NCBI GenBank assembly: GCA_009391535.1
Contig: VFHP01000023.1
Location: 11,578-75,577, forward strand
Origin: SAR202 cluster bacterium
GTDB taxonomy: Bacteria > Chloroflexota > Dehalococcoidia > Lucifugimonadales > UBA2985
DNA: 64,000 nt
Direction: 5' to 3'
In this document: positions 28,851 to 38,486 of the stretch, one piece after another
How positions within the stretch are numbered: the first letter of the stretch is position 1
Layout: every line of letters starts with the position of its first letter
Notes under the pieces: generated by a model
Database searches by the model: none
Seen by the model: the letters and a program-made list of their open reading frames with translations, nothing else
What the model was told of the DNA's origin: nothing
Made by a program: the position numbers and the translations under genes

Positions 28851-30071
28851 ATGGGATTCGCTTTTACAGATTCAAAATCATATTTATATACATCGGAATC
28901 GGTTACAGAAGGTCATCCTGATAAACTGTGTGACCAGATCTCGGACGCCATACTTGATTCTCTTCTGGCTAAAGATTCGGCGGCAAGGGTTGCATGTGAA
29001 ACGTGTGTAACGAATGGTTTGGTTATAGTAATGGGTGAGATCACTACCTCCAGCTATGTAGATGTTGCCAGCATAATCAGGAACACCATATATCAAGCAG
29101 GCTATAACGATCCGGATTTTGGTTTTGATTCTAAGAGTTGCGGAGTGATAGTCTCTCTGCAGGAACAGTCACAGGATATAGCTTTGGGAGTTGATTCCTC
29201 TCAGGAAGACAAAAAAGAAGGTTCAAAATATAGTATTGAAGATCCCGAGAAGATAGGGGCAGGAGATCAAGGTATGGTTGTGGGCTTTGCCTGTAACGAA
29301 ACCAAGGAGCTAATGCCTTTGTCTATAGACCTTTCGCACAAGTTGTGCCAAAGGTTGGCAGAAGTACGTAAGGAAGCAATTATTCCATATTTGAGGCCAG
29401 ACGGTAAAGCACAGGTTACGGTGGAATATTCATATGGTACACCTAAAAGAATAGAAGCCATAGTTGTTAGTACTCAACATGCTCCAGAAGTGTCTCAAGA
29501 GGTTATAAACGAAGATATAACTAATTTTGTGATCAACGAAATCATTCCCAAAAATTTGTGTGATAAGGATACTAAAATCTATATAAACCCTACAGGCAGA
29601 TTTGTGGTGGGGGGTCCTGTAGCAGACACTGGTTTAACTGGGCGCAAGATACTTGTAGACACGTATGGAGGGGTGGCCAGGCATGGAGGCGGAGCGTTTT
29701 CAGGCAAAGATCCGACCAAGATTGATAGATCGGCAGCTTATATGGCACGATATGTCGCGAAAAATGTTGTTGCTGCCGGTCTTGCCGATAGGTTGGAGAT
29801 ACAGGTATCCTATGCTATAGGTCGAGCCTCTCCTCTTTCCGTAGCCGTGGAAACTTTTGGTACTGGTCATGTCGATGATCAGGTTATTGTAGATCTTATA
29901 GATAAACACTTCGACTTTCGTCCTGCCGCAATAATAAATAATTTAGACCTTAGGCGACCTATATATAAACCTTCTGCTGCGTATGGGCATTTTGGTAGAG
30001 AAGATATTTCTTTACCTTGGGAATCAACAGATAAGGCAGACATTCTTCGGTCAGAAGCCAACATAAAATAG
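28851..30071 (+). CDS. metK: S-adenosylmethionine synthase
   Basis: [44 protein letters not shown] motifs. Start re-called to ATG 28851 (canonical N-terminus). Confidence 0.95.
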   Translation: MGFAFTDSKSYLYTSESVTEGHPDKLCDQISDAILDSLLAKDSAARVACETCVTNGLVIVMGEITTSSYVDVASIIRNTIYQAGYNDPDFGFDSKSCGVIVSLQEQSQDIALGVDSSQEDKKEGSKYSIEDPEKIGAGDQGMVVGFACNETKELMPLSIDLSHKLCQRLAEVRKEAIIPYLRPDGKAQVTVEYSYGTPKRIEAIVVSTQHAPEVSQEVINEDITNFVINEIIPKNLCDKDTKIYINPTGRFVVGGPVADTGLTGRKILVDTYGGVARHGGGAFSGKDPTKIDRSAAYMARYVAKNVVAAGLADRLEIQVSYAIGRASPLSVAVETFGTGHVDDQVIVDLIDKHFDFRPAAIINNLDLRRPIYKPSAAYGHFGREDISLPWESTDKADILRSEANIK

Positions 30072-30110
30072 GATAATACTTTATATGTTTGTTTGTGCTG
30101 AGGTTTCGAG

Positions 30111-31181
30111 ATGAAAGCCGTAATACTTGCTGGTGGGGCAGGGACTCGGCTCCGTCCTTTGACAAATAACCTTCCAAAACCCATGGTTCCGATTTTGAAC
30201 AGACCATTTTTGGAGCACATGTTAGATAGCCTAGCAGCACATAATGTTACAGACGTCATTATAACTGTCTCTTATTTGTCAGATAACATAAGGAACCATT
30301 TTGGTGACAATGGTTACGCAAATATGAATATCCATTATGTTTTAGAGGAGAGTCCTCTGGGTACAGCAGGTGCTGTAAAAAATGTAGAAAAGTTATTAGA
30401 TGATACTTTTTTGGTTCTTAATGGGGACATATTCACCAACTTAGATATATCGAAGATGTTGTTATTCCATAATGATGCGGACTCTAAGGCCACATTATTT
30501 CTGAAAGAAGTATCCGACCCTTCTCAATTTGGTGTAGTTGAAATTAAAGGTGATGGTTACATAGAGAAATTTATAGAAAAACCTAATCCTGGTGAAACAA
30601 AGAGCAATTGGATTAATGGTGGGGTGTATATCTTGGAACCAGACATTCTGCAAATTGCCCCTGAAAACGAGTTTTATATGTTTGAGAGAGGTTTGTTTCC
30701 GACTCTGTTAGAAACTCAAATCCCAATGTACGGTTACAGGAATAATCCATATTGGATTGATCTAGGTACGCCATCGAATTATCTTAGAGTTAATCATGAT
30801 ATTTTGAATGCTGTCGATGAATCCATGATTGTTGAGAATAGAGATATTCTGAATACAGAAGGATATTTTGCCCACCCTTCGGCTGTAATAGAAGGGCCTG
30901 TCATTGTCGGGCGGGATTGTTTCATCGGAGCAGGATCGGTGATCCGAGGTCCTACAGTTATAGGGTCTGGAGTGACAATCGGAGAGGACAATGTAATATC
31001 GGGTTCTGTGCTATGGGATGGTGTTAAATTAGGGCACCAAGTGATTCTGACGGAATGTATCTTGGCTGATGATGTTACAGTAGATGATAAAGTCAGGATA
31101 GGGAATCTCTGTATGGTGGCATCTGGAATGAATGTGACGGCTGATCTGCAGCCCGGTATTTCTCTTGGACCTACTGGATAG
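30111..31181 (+). CDS. sugar-1-phosphate nucleotidyltransferase with C-terminal hexapeptide-repeat domain (mannose-1-phosphate guanylyltransferase-like)
   Basis: MKAVILAGGAGTRLRPLT..PKPMVP signature and a LbH-type repeat tail. Followed by PMM and PMI genes. Confidence 0.8.
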   Translation: MKAVILAGGAGTRLRPLTNNLPKPMVPILNRPFLEHMLDSLAAHNVTDVIITVSYLSDNIRNHFGDNGYANMNIHYVLEESPLGTAGAVKNVEKLLDDTFLVLNGDIFTNLDISKMLLFHNDADSKATLFLKEVSDPSQFGVVEIKGDGYIEKFIEKPNPGETKSNWINGGVYILEPDILQIAPENEFYMFERGLFPTLLETQIPMYGYRNNPYWIDLGTPSNYLRVNHDILNAVDESMIVENRDILNTEGYFAHPSAVIEGPVIVGRDCFIGAGSVIRGPTVIGSGVTIGEDNVISGSVLWDGVKLGHQVILTECILADDVTVDDKVRIGNLCMVASGMNVTADLQPGISLGPTG

Positions 31182-31283
31182 TTAATCTGTAGGTTTCAAT
31201 TGCTAGAATTCTTATCATTTATATTTGGTTGTATATTCTGTAAGATATGGTTGATTATATTTTAGTGAATGGATGGTTAGAAA

Positions 31284-32705
31284 ATGCCAATTCAATTTGG
31301 TACAGACGGATGGAGAGGAATCATAGCTGACGATTTCACTTTCGAAAATGTCAGATACTGTGCACAAGGTGTTAGCGATTATATCTTGGCACAGAACCTG
31401 GCAAATAAAGGGTTGATAATCGGATACGATACTAGATTTTCGTCTGAGGAATTTGCTGATACTGTTGCAGAAGTTTCAGCTGGTAATGGCATAAAGACCC
31501 TGCTCTGTGACAGGCCTGTACCAACACCTGTAATTAGCTATAATGTGCTATTTCGTGGAACCGGGGGAGCTTGCGTTATAACCGCTAGCCATAATCCTCC
31601 TCAATGGAATGGTTTTAAATTCAAACCAGAATATGCCGGGAGTGCTTCCCCTGAGATTGTGGATGCGCTAGAAAGGAATGTTTTAAGTTCGGAGAGAAGA
31701 AAATATTATAAACACGTTCGATGGGAACAAGCTATGTCTCAAAACATTGGTTCACTTATAGATCCGTCGCTGCCATATTTGCAACATGTATCTACTTTAG
31801 TTGATATAGATGCGATAAGAAATTCAGGACTGCGAATAGTTGCTGATCCAATGTACGGTGCCGGAGCTGGATACTTTACGACACTCCTTGAGGGAGGGGC
31901 CTTAAACATTGTTGAAATTCACGGTGCCAGAAATCCCATTTTCCCAGGGATGCTACAACCTGAACCGGTGGCTAAGAATTTAGTGGAATTATCAGATATT
32001 GTTGTAAGAGAAGGATATCAAGCTGGTTTAGCTCTAGATGCAGATGCTGATAGATTTGGATTAATCGACGAAAAGGGGAATTACATAAATCCACTTCAAG
32101 TATTAGCTTTATTAGCCTTATACATGCTGGAAGTTAGGGGTGATAAGGGTCCGTTAGTAAAATCTTTGACTTCTAGTAATATGATCTATAGATTAGCAGA
32201 GATATTCGATGTTCCTGTTTTTGAAACCCCTGTAGGATTTAAATATATAGGGCCTACTATGATAGAAAAGAATGCTTTATTAGCCGGGGAAGAGAGTGGG
32301 GGATTTGGTTTCAGAAGACACATACCAGAGCGTGACGGTATCTTGAGCGGGCTGTTCATTCTTGACATGATGGTAAAGATGGATAAGACTCCATCAGAGT
32401 TGATAGAATACCTTTACAGTAAAGTAGGGCCACACTATTATCGTAGAGATGATATTCTCTATGATCCAATCATAGAAGAATCTATAAAAGAAAAATTAAA
32501 CGATATAACATTAGATTCTATTGCAGGTGTCAATATTAAACGAATCGATCAATTTGACGGAACTAAATTCGCTTTAGAAGATGGTTCATGGTTAGCTATA
32601 AGATTTTCTGGTACCGAGCCACTTTTGCGTATTTATTCAGAAGCAAAAAATGAAGATTTAGTTGACAAATTGATATCGGAAGCCAGGCATTTTGTGGGAG
32701 TTTAA
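31284..32705 (+). CDS. phosphomannomutase / phosphoglucomutase
   Basis: FGTDGWRG, TASHNPPQWNGFK (phospho-Ser loop), DADADR (Mg site), GEESGG motifs. Confidence 0.9.
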   Translation: MPIQFGTDGWRGIIADDFTFENVRYCAQGVSDYILAQNLANKGLIIGYDTRFSSEEFADTVAEVSAGNGIKTLLCDRPVPTPVISYNVLFRGTGGACVITASHNPPQWNGFKFKPEYAGSASPEIVDALERNVLSSERRKYYKHVRWEQAMSQNIGSLIDPSLPYLQHVSTLVDIDAIRNSGLRIVADPMYGAGAGYFTTLLEGGALNIVEIHGARNPIFPGMLQPEPVAKNLVELSDIVVREGYQAGLALDADADRFGLIDEKGNYINPLQVLALLALYMLEVRGDKGPLVKSLTSSNMIYRLAEIFDVPVFETPVGFKYIGPTMIEKNALLAGEESGGFGFRRHIPERDGILSGLFILDMMVKMDKTPSELIEYLYSKVGPHYYRRDDILYDPIIEESIKEKLNDITLDSIAGVNIKRIDQFDGTKFALEDGSWLAIRFSGTEPLLRIYSEAKNEDLVDKLISEARHFVGV

Positions 32706-32707
32706 CA

Positions 32708-33787
32708 GTGGCAGAAACACATCACTTAGATGATCCTAATACATACGAAAAATTAGATCCTAGTCTATTCAGAGACAGGATATTTGGTTTGTCTGGGCAG
32801 TGTGTGTCCGCATGGTCCACTGGGATCGACCTAGTATTGCCCAGTTACTACAAAGATGTAGATAATGTTGTTGTATGTGGAGTAGGTGGATCTGCAATAG
32901 GGGGAGAGCTACTGTCTGATTTGTCCAGCCTTTTGGAAGGCATCCCTGTAACTGTTTGTAGAGAATATTCTACTCCTCAGTTTGTGGGAGGCAAATCGTT
33001 GGTTGTAGCCTCCAGTTACTCGGGCAATACAGAGGAAACTGTTTCGGCTTTTAGAGACGCATTATATAAAGATGCAAAATTGGTTTCTCTAACCTCTGGT
33101 GGCTTATTGGCTGACATAAGTTCTGAATCGAATGTTCCAGTGGTTGATATTGACTACAAAGGTGAACCGAGAACAGCATTGGGTTACAGTTTTCTCACAC
33201 CACTGGCCATTATGGAAAAATTGGGATTGATACGAGTAGACAAATTGCTTGTTCAAGAAGCGATAGACACACTTAGCACTATGGCCCAAAGATTGATGCC
33301 AAGTGTGCCTGTTGAGGATAATCCTGCCAAAGAATTAGCATTGTCTCTTCAAGGAAAATTTATAACTGTTTATGGTGGAGGGATATTGTCTGGGATTGCA
33401 AGGAGATGGAAGACACAGTTTAATGAAAACTCAAAATCGTGGGCATTTTTGGAATTATTTCCAGAAGCGGGTCACAATGCCATAGCGGGAATGAAATGGC
33501 CTTCATCCGTTTCCCAAAATAGTTATGGGATAATACTTGATTCTTATCTATTACAGGACAGAATGAGAGTTAGATACGAAGTGGTCAGAGAGTTGTTAAA
33601 TAACGTACAAGCTCATTATCAGACTGTACATTGTAATGGTACAGGTGTACTCGCACAGATGCTCAGTATTGTGCTTTTTGGGGATTATGTTAGTTACTAT
33701 TTAGCTATTCTCAATAAAGAGGATCCTGCTCCTGTGCAACCGTTGGATTATTTGAAAAGCAAACTACATGATATGCATGGTAATTAA
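32708..33787 (+). CDS. bifunctional phosphoglucose/phosphomannose isomerase (SIS-domain type)
   Basis: CGVGGSAIGG and SYSGNTEET SIS motifs. GTG start 2 nt after the PMM stop. Confidence 0.75.
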   Translation: MAETHHLDDPNTYEKLDPSLFRDRIFGLSGQCVSAWSTGIDLVLPSYYKDVDNVVVCGVGGSAIGGELLSDLSSLLEGIPVTVCREYSTPQFVGGKSLVVASSYSGNTEETVSAFRDALYKDAKLVSLTSGGLLADISSESNVPVVDIDYKGEPRTALGYSFLTPLAIMEKLGLIRVDKLLVQEAIDTLSTMAQRLMPSVPVEDNPAKELALSLQGKFITVYGGGILSGIARRWKTQFNENSKSWAFLELFPEAGHNAIAGMKWPSSVSQNSYGIILDSYLLQDRMRVRYEVVRELLNNVQAHYQTVHCNGTGVLAQMLSIVLFGDYVSYYLAILNKEDPAPVQPLDYLKSKLHDMHGN

Positions 33788-33836
33788 ATAAGAAGAGTGT
33801 AGGTAAATATAGTGAGGTTTATTGGGGAAATTAAGT

Positions 33837-35168
33837 ATGTTTGAATCTTTGTCTCAAAAACTGAATACAATTTTCAATAAAATATCTTCTAAGGGCAGGA
33901 TCAGTGAAAGGGATATAGAGGAAACTCTAAAGGAGATCAGGCTCGCTCTGCTCGAAGCTGATGTGAATTTTAGGGTTGTTAGAGAATTTATTGAAAACAT
34001 CCGTGTCAAGGCAGTTGGCTCAGATTTGCTAAAGAGCATCAGTCCTGGGCAGCAAGTTGTGAAAATAGTTAACGATGAATTAGTTGATATTTTGGGTTCC
34101 GGGTCTTCTAAATTGATAAATGCTGACAAAGCACCTTCCATTTTGATGTTAGTGGGATTACAAGGCTCCGGGAAAACCACAACATCCGCTAAAATTGCTA
34201 ACTTCTTGAACAAGAACGGACAAAAACCTTTACTTGTAGCGTGTGATGTTCATAGGCCTGCGGCAATCGACCAGCTTGAAGTTTTAGGTCAAAAATTAGG
34301 CGTGACGGTTTACAGTCAGAAAGATACAGACGACCCTGTGAATATATGTAGGAACGCTATTAAACGAGCTCAGAATAGTGATTATTCTTGGGTGATACTG
34401 GATACAGCAGGTCGTCTTCATGTTGATGAAGAAATGATGGAAGAACTAAGATTGATCAGAGATTGTGCTGATCCAATTGAGACATTATTGGTAGTAGACT
34501 CCATGACGGGACAGGATGCTGTGAATTCTGCTCAAAGTTTTCATGATCTTATTGGATTGACTGGTGTCATCATGACTAAACTAGATGGGGATGCACGTGG
34601 AGGAGCAGCTTTATCAATCAACAAAGTTACAGGAACACCAATAAAATTTATTGGCATTGGTGAAGGTATTGATGATATAGAATTATTCCATCCAGATCGA
34701 TTAGCTTCCAGAATATTGGGAATGGGTGATGTTGTAACGCTAGTTGAAAGGGCACAGGAATCCATATCAGAAGAACGCATGAAAGATATGGAGAACAAAA
34801 TTAGAAAAGCAACATTCGATCTGGAAGATTTTTTGGAGCAGATTCAACAAATCAAGAAAATGGGTCCATTCAGCCAAATACTTGAAATGATACCGGGTTT
34901 TTCTTCGGTATCCAGTAAAATGTCCCAACAAGATATCAATGGAGATTCTATAAAATCGGTAGAAGCAATAGTTTATTCTATGACACCAGGTGAAAGGCGA
35001 AACCCTGACATACTGAATGGTAGTCGGAGAAGAAGAATAGCATTAGGTAGTGGTACATCTGCTCAGCAGGTCAATCAACTTTTGAACCAGTTCCGTCAAA
35101 TGAAGAAAATGATGAAACAAATCTCTTCAGGTAAAATGCCCGGTGGCATGCCTGGCATGTTTCGTTAA
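33837..35168 (+). CDS. ffh: signal recognition particle protein Ffh
   Basis: MFESLSQKL canonical N-terminus, GLQGSGKTTT, DTAGR, TKLDGDARGGAALS, Met-rich M domain. Confidence 0.95.
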   Translation: MFESLSQKLNTIFNKISSKGRISERDIEETLKEIRLALLEADVNFRVVREFIENIRVKAVGSDLLKSISPGQQVVKIVNDELVDILGSGSSKLINADKAPSILMLVGLQGSGKTTTSAKIANFLNKNGQKPLLVACDVHRPAAIDQLEVLGQKLGVTVYSQKDTDDPVNICRNAIKRAQNSDYSWVILDTAGRLHVDEEMMEELRLIRDCADPIETLLVVDSMTGQDAVNSAQSFHDLIGLTGVIMTKLDGDARGGAALSINKVTGTPIKFIGIGEGIDDIELFHPDRLASRILGMGDVVTLVERAQESISEERMKDMENKIRKATFDLEDFLEQIQQIKKMGPFSQILEMIPGFSSVSSKMSQQDINGDSIKSVEAIVYSMTPGERRNPDILNGSRRRRIALGSGTSAQQVNQLLNQFRQMKKMMKQISSGKMPGGMPGMFR

Positions 35169-35200
35169 AACCCGGACTTCTATGATTTTGTTTTGATATT

Positions 35201-36082
35201 TTAATTCTGACTGAATTGATTGCCCATCTCATCTAGAAAATCTTCGATTTCAGGTGACAAATCATAATCATTATCTTCTTCTTTATTTAGTCTTTTGTCA
35301 TATTGAAGTTCGAGTTGTTCTACTAAGGCCTTAACCTCAGGGCTTTGAGCCATAGCAGTAGATAATTCATCATTTTGCTGCTTAGCCCTAAGAGCAATTC
35401 TTCCCAAATCCATTGAAAAACCGTAGAGTTCGCATATTATATTCAATAATCTGAGTCTGCCGGCATGATTGACCTCGGTCTGAGCGTATTGAGGCAGATG
35501 AGCTATCAGCCCCATTGTCTCAATGCCGACTTTGTTCAGATATTGGTTAATTGTGGTGATTATGCTTGTAGGGCCTTCGTAGTTGCTTGAATTGACCCCG
35601 TATGTTTTTACTAGATCTGAAGTTTCCTCATTATTAGATGATCCGGTGACCAATATTGGTTTTGTGTGAGGCACTAGATCGTACATTGATCCCAGTAAGC
35701 AATAACGCTCGATTTCGAGATGTTTAAGTAACTGTACCACGCATTTGACGTATGTTTCCCCATTTAAGTGCGGTTCTAGTAAATGCAAAAATATAAAATC
35801 ATTTTCTCCCGGTCCTGTGGCGTAACGAACATTAACATTTGGTACAGTAACTTCTCTTTTGCCATCCAACGTGTATATGTTTGGTCTGTAACGGGTAAAG
35901 TCGAAGAATACTCCAGGTCGAGACAATTTAGCCAAGTCTCTTGCTTCAAAATGACGCTCTAAGGTTCTGAAAGCGAGTCGTCCGACGCTACCAACATCAA
36001 TCCATGGTCTTAGAGTCACGAAAGCATGTGGCTTTCTTAGTTTTGGGATCGGTAGTTCTAAATCGAAACCATTTAAATGCAT
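35201..36082 (-). CDS. PAC2 (proteasome assembly chaperone 2-like) family protein
   Basis: RPWIDVGSVG, FFDFTRYRPNI, LLEPHLNGE, LGSMYDLVPHTKP pattern matches the PAC2 family consensus as I recall it. Confidence 0.65.
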   Translation of the reverse strand: MHLNGFDLELPIPKLRKPHAFVTLRPWIDVGSVGRLAFRTLERHFEARDLAKLSRPGVFFDFTRYRPNIYTLDGKREVTVPNVNVRYATGPGENDFIFLHLLEPHLNGETYVKCVVQLLKHLEIERYCLLGSMYDLVPHTKPILVTGSSNNEETSDLVKTYGVNSSNYEGPTSIITTINQYLNKVGIETMGLIAHLPQYAQTEVNHAGRLRLLNIICELYGFSMDLGRIALRAKQQNDELSTAMAQSPEVKALVEQLELQYDKRLNKEEDNDYDLSPEIEDFLDEMGNQFSQN

Positions 36083-36206
36083 GATGTCATTTTAACACAG
36101 TTTTTTAGGATAATAAGTCTGTTGATTGGAACCACATTGGCACCATACGTATCTCCAATAATGGACAAGTGCAATAGTGCCAATAACGTTGTTCATTGAT
36201 TTAGTT

Positions 36207-36686
36207 TTAGCTGCCGTAACGTGTGTCTGCTACGGAATCGGTGTAGTCTACTCCCTTGGTTGCCCAGAATATTGTTGCAATTGCGTCAACTGACTCTACC
36301 AGCTGTTTGGCAGAAGATGAGCTTACTCCCTGTTTGTTAGCTCCAGCCAATTTGTTGGCGTTCCAGAAAAGTTCGTGAAGAGTAGGATATTTTTCTAAGT
36401 GCTCAGGTTTGAAATAATCAGACCACAGGGTATTCAATTCACTTTTAACAAGTTGAGCGTGTTCCTCTTTGACTGCAATATACCGAGTAACAGTGTTAGG
36501 GGTTGAAATGTCTTTAGCCGGTATTTCAACTGCCTCTAGTCTTACTGCCATTTTTAGCACTGTTTGGGCGGCTATTTTGGCCAAAATTGGATCGTAGATA
36601 CCACATGGGATATCACAATGTGCATGCACTTTAGCATGTTCTCTATTAGACATTAGGGTGTTTATTGTTCTCTGCAATATATTCAC
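36207..36686 (-). CDS. sodN: nickel superoxide dismutase precursor
   Basis: Ni-hook HCDIPCGIYDP preceded by a leader. GTG 36686 lies 6 nt after AGGAGG (alternative ATG 36653). The ORF-track start 36749 was rejected. Confidence 0.9.
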   Translation of the reverse strand: MNILQRTINTLMSNREHAKVHAHCDIPCGIYDPILAKIAAQTVLKMAVRLEAVEIPAKDISTPNTVTRYIAVKEEHAQLVKSELNTLWSDYFKPEHLEKYPTLHELFWNANKLAGANKQGVSSSSAKQLVESVDAIATIFWATKGVDYTDSVADTRYGS

Positions 36687-36838
36687 TTTATACCTCCTGA
36701 CACAATATTTAATTATGTATAGTCTAAATGAATGATCCTCTGATGCCAATAGGTCAATGTAATATTTTCTAGTTTTCAGATAGTTAAAATGTATTCGTTG
36801 GATACTTGTATTAGTGTTATATTGATTTATAAATAATC

Positions 36839-37309
36839 ATGATCAGAAAAATATATTTTTTCATTAGGAAATTCCTATCCGTAGAAATGACAGTTGAAGG
36901 TTATAGTATGTGGCCAGGGATAAAGCCTGATGACGTCATTTATGCTGAGAGATTTAATATTTTATCTAAACAACCTGTTGTAGGGAATGTTGTCGTTGTT
37001 ATAGAACCAACAGATATTGGAACCCGCGCGATAAAGAGAATAATAGCTGGACCACGTGATACAATCTGTTTAGTTAATAATGAAATATCTGTAAATGGTC
37101 ATAGAGTTTCTGATGATATAGCTGACATTTCCGGTGATGTTGGCAGAAAGAGTTGGCTGTTGGCTGACCGGGAGTATTTTTTGATGAGTGATAACCCTAA
37201 TCTGAGCACTGATAGTCGTAAATACGGACCTATTTCACGTGATAGTATTGTTGCTAGGGTGTGGATGGTTAGATCATCGGTTGATGGATTTAAGATGATG
37301 GATTCTTGA
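36839..37309 (+). CDS. sodX: S26-family peptidase, Ni-SOD maturation protease
   Basis: GYSMWPG (Ser nucleophile) and IKRIIAGPRD (Lys) motifs. Divergent from sodN. The start may be ATG 36887. Confidence 0.8.
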   Translation: MIRKIYFFIRKFLSVEMTVEGYSMWPGIKPDDVIYAERFNILSKQPVVGNVVVVIEPTDIGTRAIKRIIAGPRDTICLVNNEISVNGHRVSDDIADISGDVGRKSWLLADREYFLMSDNPNLSTDSRKYGPISRDSIVARVWMVRSSVDGFKMMDS

Positions 37310-37665
37310 TGTTTAATGATCACTTCACGATCTACTATGACGGCAATTGTTTTTTGTGTAGAACCTCAATGACCCTGATAGCAATGGCAGACATTATGAA
37401 AAGGATTAGATTCGTACCGTACCAAGACCTTAATGAAATGCCATCTGGTTGCCAATTGGAACAATTCGATCTTGAAGTCCATATGGTTGATTCTAAAAAC
37501 AATTACTTCTTGGGATTTAATGCAGTCAGAAAATTGATAACCACATTGATACCTTTGATTCCTTTAACACCTTTGATATGGATTCCTGGTGTTGACAAGG
37601 CGGGCAATAAAATATATAGATTTATAGCGAATAATCGTAAGAAGTTTTGTTGTAGAAGCTGTTGA
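37306..37665 (+). CDS. DCC-family thiol-disulfide oxidoreductase (DUF393)
   Basis: IYYDGNCFLCRTS CxxC motif. The start (TTG 37306 / ATG 37309) overlaps the sodX stop TGA 37307-37309. Confidence 0.75.
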   Translation: MMFNDHFTIYYDGNCFLCRTSMTLIAMADIMKRIRFVPYQDLNEMPSGCQLEQFDLEVHMVDSKNNYFLGFNAVRKLITTLIPLIPLTPLIWIPGVDKAGNKIYRFIANNRKKFCCRSC

Positions 37666-37686
37666 AGTGGCTCGTGTTTTATAAAC

Positions 37687-38397
37687 ATGCAAAAAAATAA
37701 AGTATCTATAATAATTCCTACATATAACGAACGTGATAATGTGCCAATTGTGTTCAAGGCTATAGATGATGTATTGGATGGTAAATGGCATTACCAAATA
37801 ATAGTTGTGGATGATTCAAGCCCAGATGGGACAGGAATGTTGGTGACTGAATTATCCGATAAAGATGATCGTATTAAATTAATTGAAAGACCGGGTAAGT
37901 TGGGGTTGGGAAGTGCAGTTGTAGCCGGATTTGATCACTCTGACGGCGACTATTTAGTGATGATGGATGCAGATTTGTCTCACGATCCGAAGTATTTACC
38001 GGATATGTTGTTGGAACTCAGTAATCATGACATAGTGATTGGATCAAGGTATGTTGATGGTGGCGGTGTTCGTAATTGGCCTTTATGGAGAAGGATTGTA
38101 AGTTTAACGGCTTCGGCAGTAGGACGTTCAATAGTGGGTCTAAATATACGGGATATTACTGCAGGATTTGCAGCTTTTAAGAGAGATCACGTAATGAAGC
38201 TATCGTCTGATTTGAACCCAAAAGGGTTTAAATTGTTATTAGAGATATTAGCGAAGAGTCCAAGGGCCCGCATAAAAGAATGCCCTATAGTATTTGCAGA
38301 TCGTAGGTTTGGCCGCTCGAAGGCATCTTTTCATGAAATTATATTATTTATACAATTGTGTTTTCAATTAAGGTCAGTTAAGAAGATTTATGAATGA
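37687..38397 (+). CDS. GT2 polyprenol-phosphate mannose synthase-like glycosyltransferase
   Basis: VSIIIPTYNERDN, VVDDSSPDGT, MDADLSHDP (DxD) motifs. 236 aa soluble-type enzyme. Confidence 0.8.
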   Translation: MQKNKVSIIIPTYNERDNVPIVFKAIDDVLDGKWHYQIIVVDDSSPDGTGMLVTELSDKDDRIKLIERPGKLGLGSAVVAGFDHSDGDYLVMMDADLSHDPKYLPDMLLELSNHDIVIGSRYVDGGGVRNWPLWRRIVSLTASAVGRSIVGLNIRDITAGFAAFKRDHVMKLSSDLNPKGFKLLLEILAKSPRARIKECPIVFADRRFGRSKASFHEIILFIQLCFQLRSVKKIYE

Positions 38398-38416
38398 TTA
38401 TAGATTAGATAAAAAA

Positions 38417-38458
38417 TAGGAACCCCGTAGAGGAACGTAATTCGACACGGGGTTCCTA
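38417..38458. terminator. bidirectional intrinsic terminator between the GT2 gene and glnK
   Basis: 12-bp perfect stem TAGGAACCCCGT / ACGGGGTTCCTA, with an A-run 5' and a T-rich tract 3'. Confidence 0.75.
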
Positions 38459-38486
38459 TTTATATTACAAATATTGGAAGTATGCC

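Noticed and set aside
36687-36749. The ORF-track N-terminal extension of sodN (MASEDHSF..), and similar extensions at 3519, 9306, 23189, 28788, 33822, 52734, 53245 and 60037.
   Set aside because: The extensions lack SD support and precede canonical family N-termini. In each case a downstream ATG/GTG/TTG with a properly spaced SD gives the expected N-terminus, so the starts were re-called.
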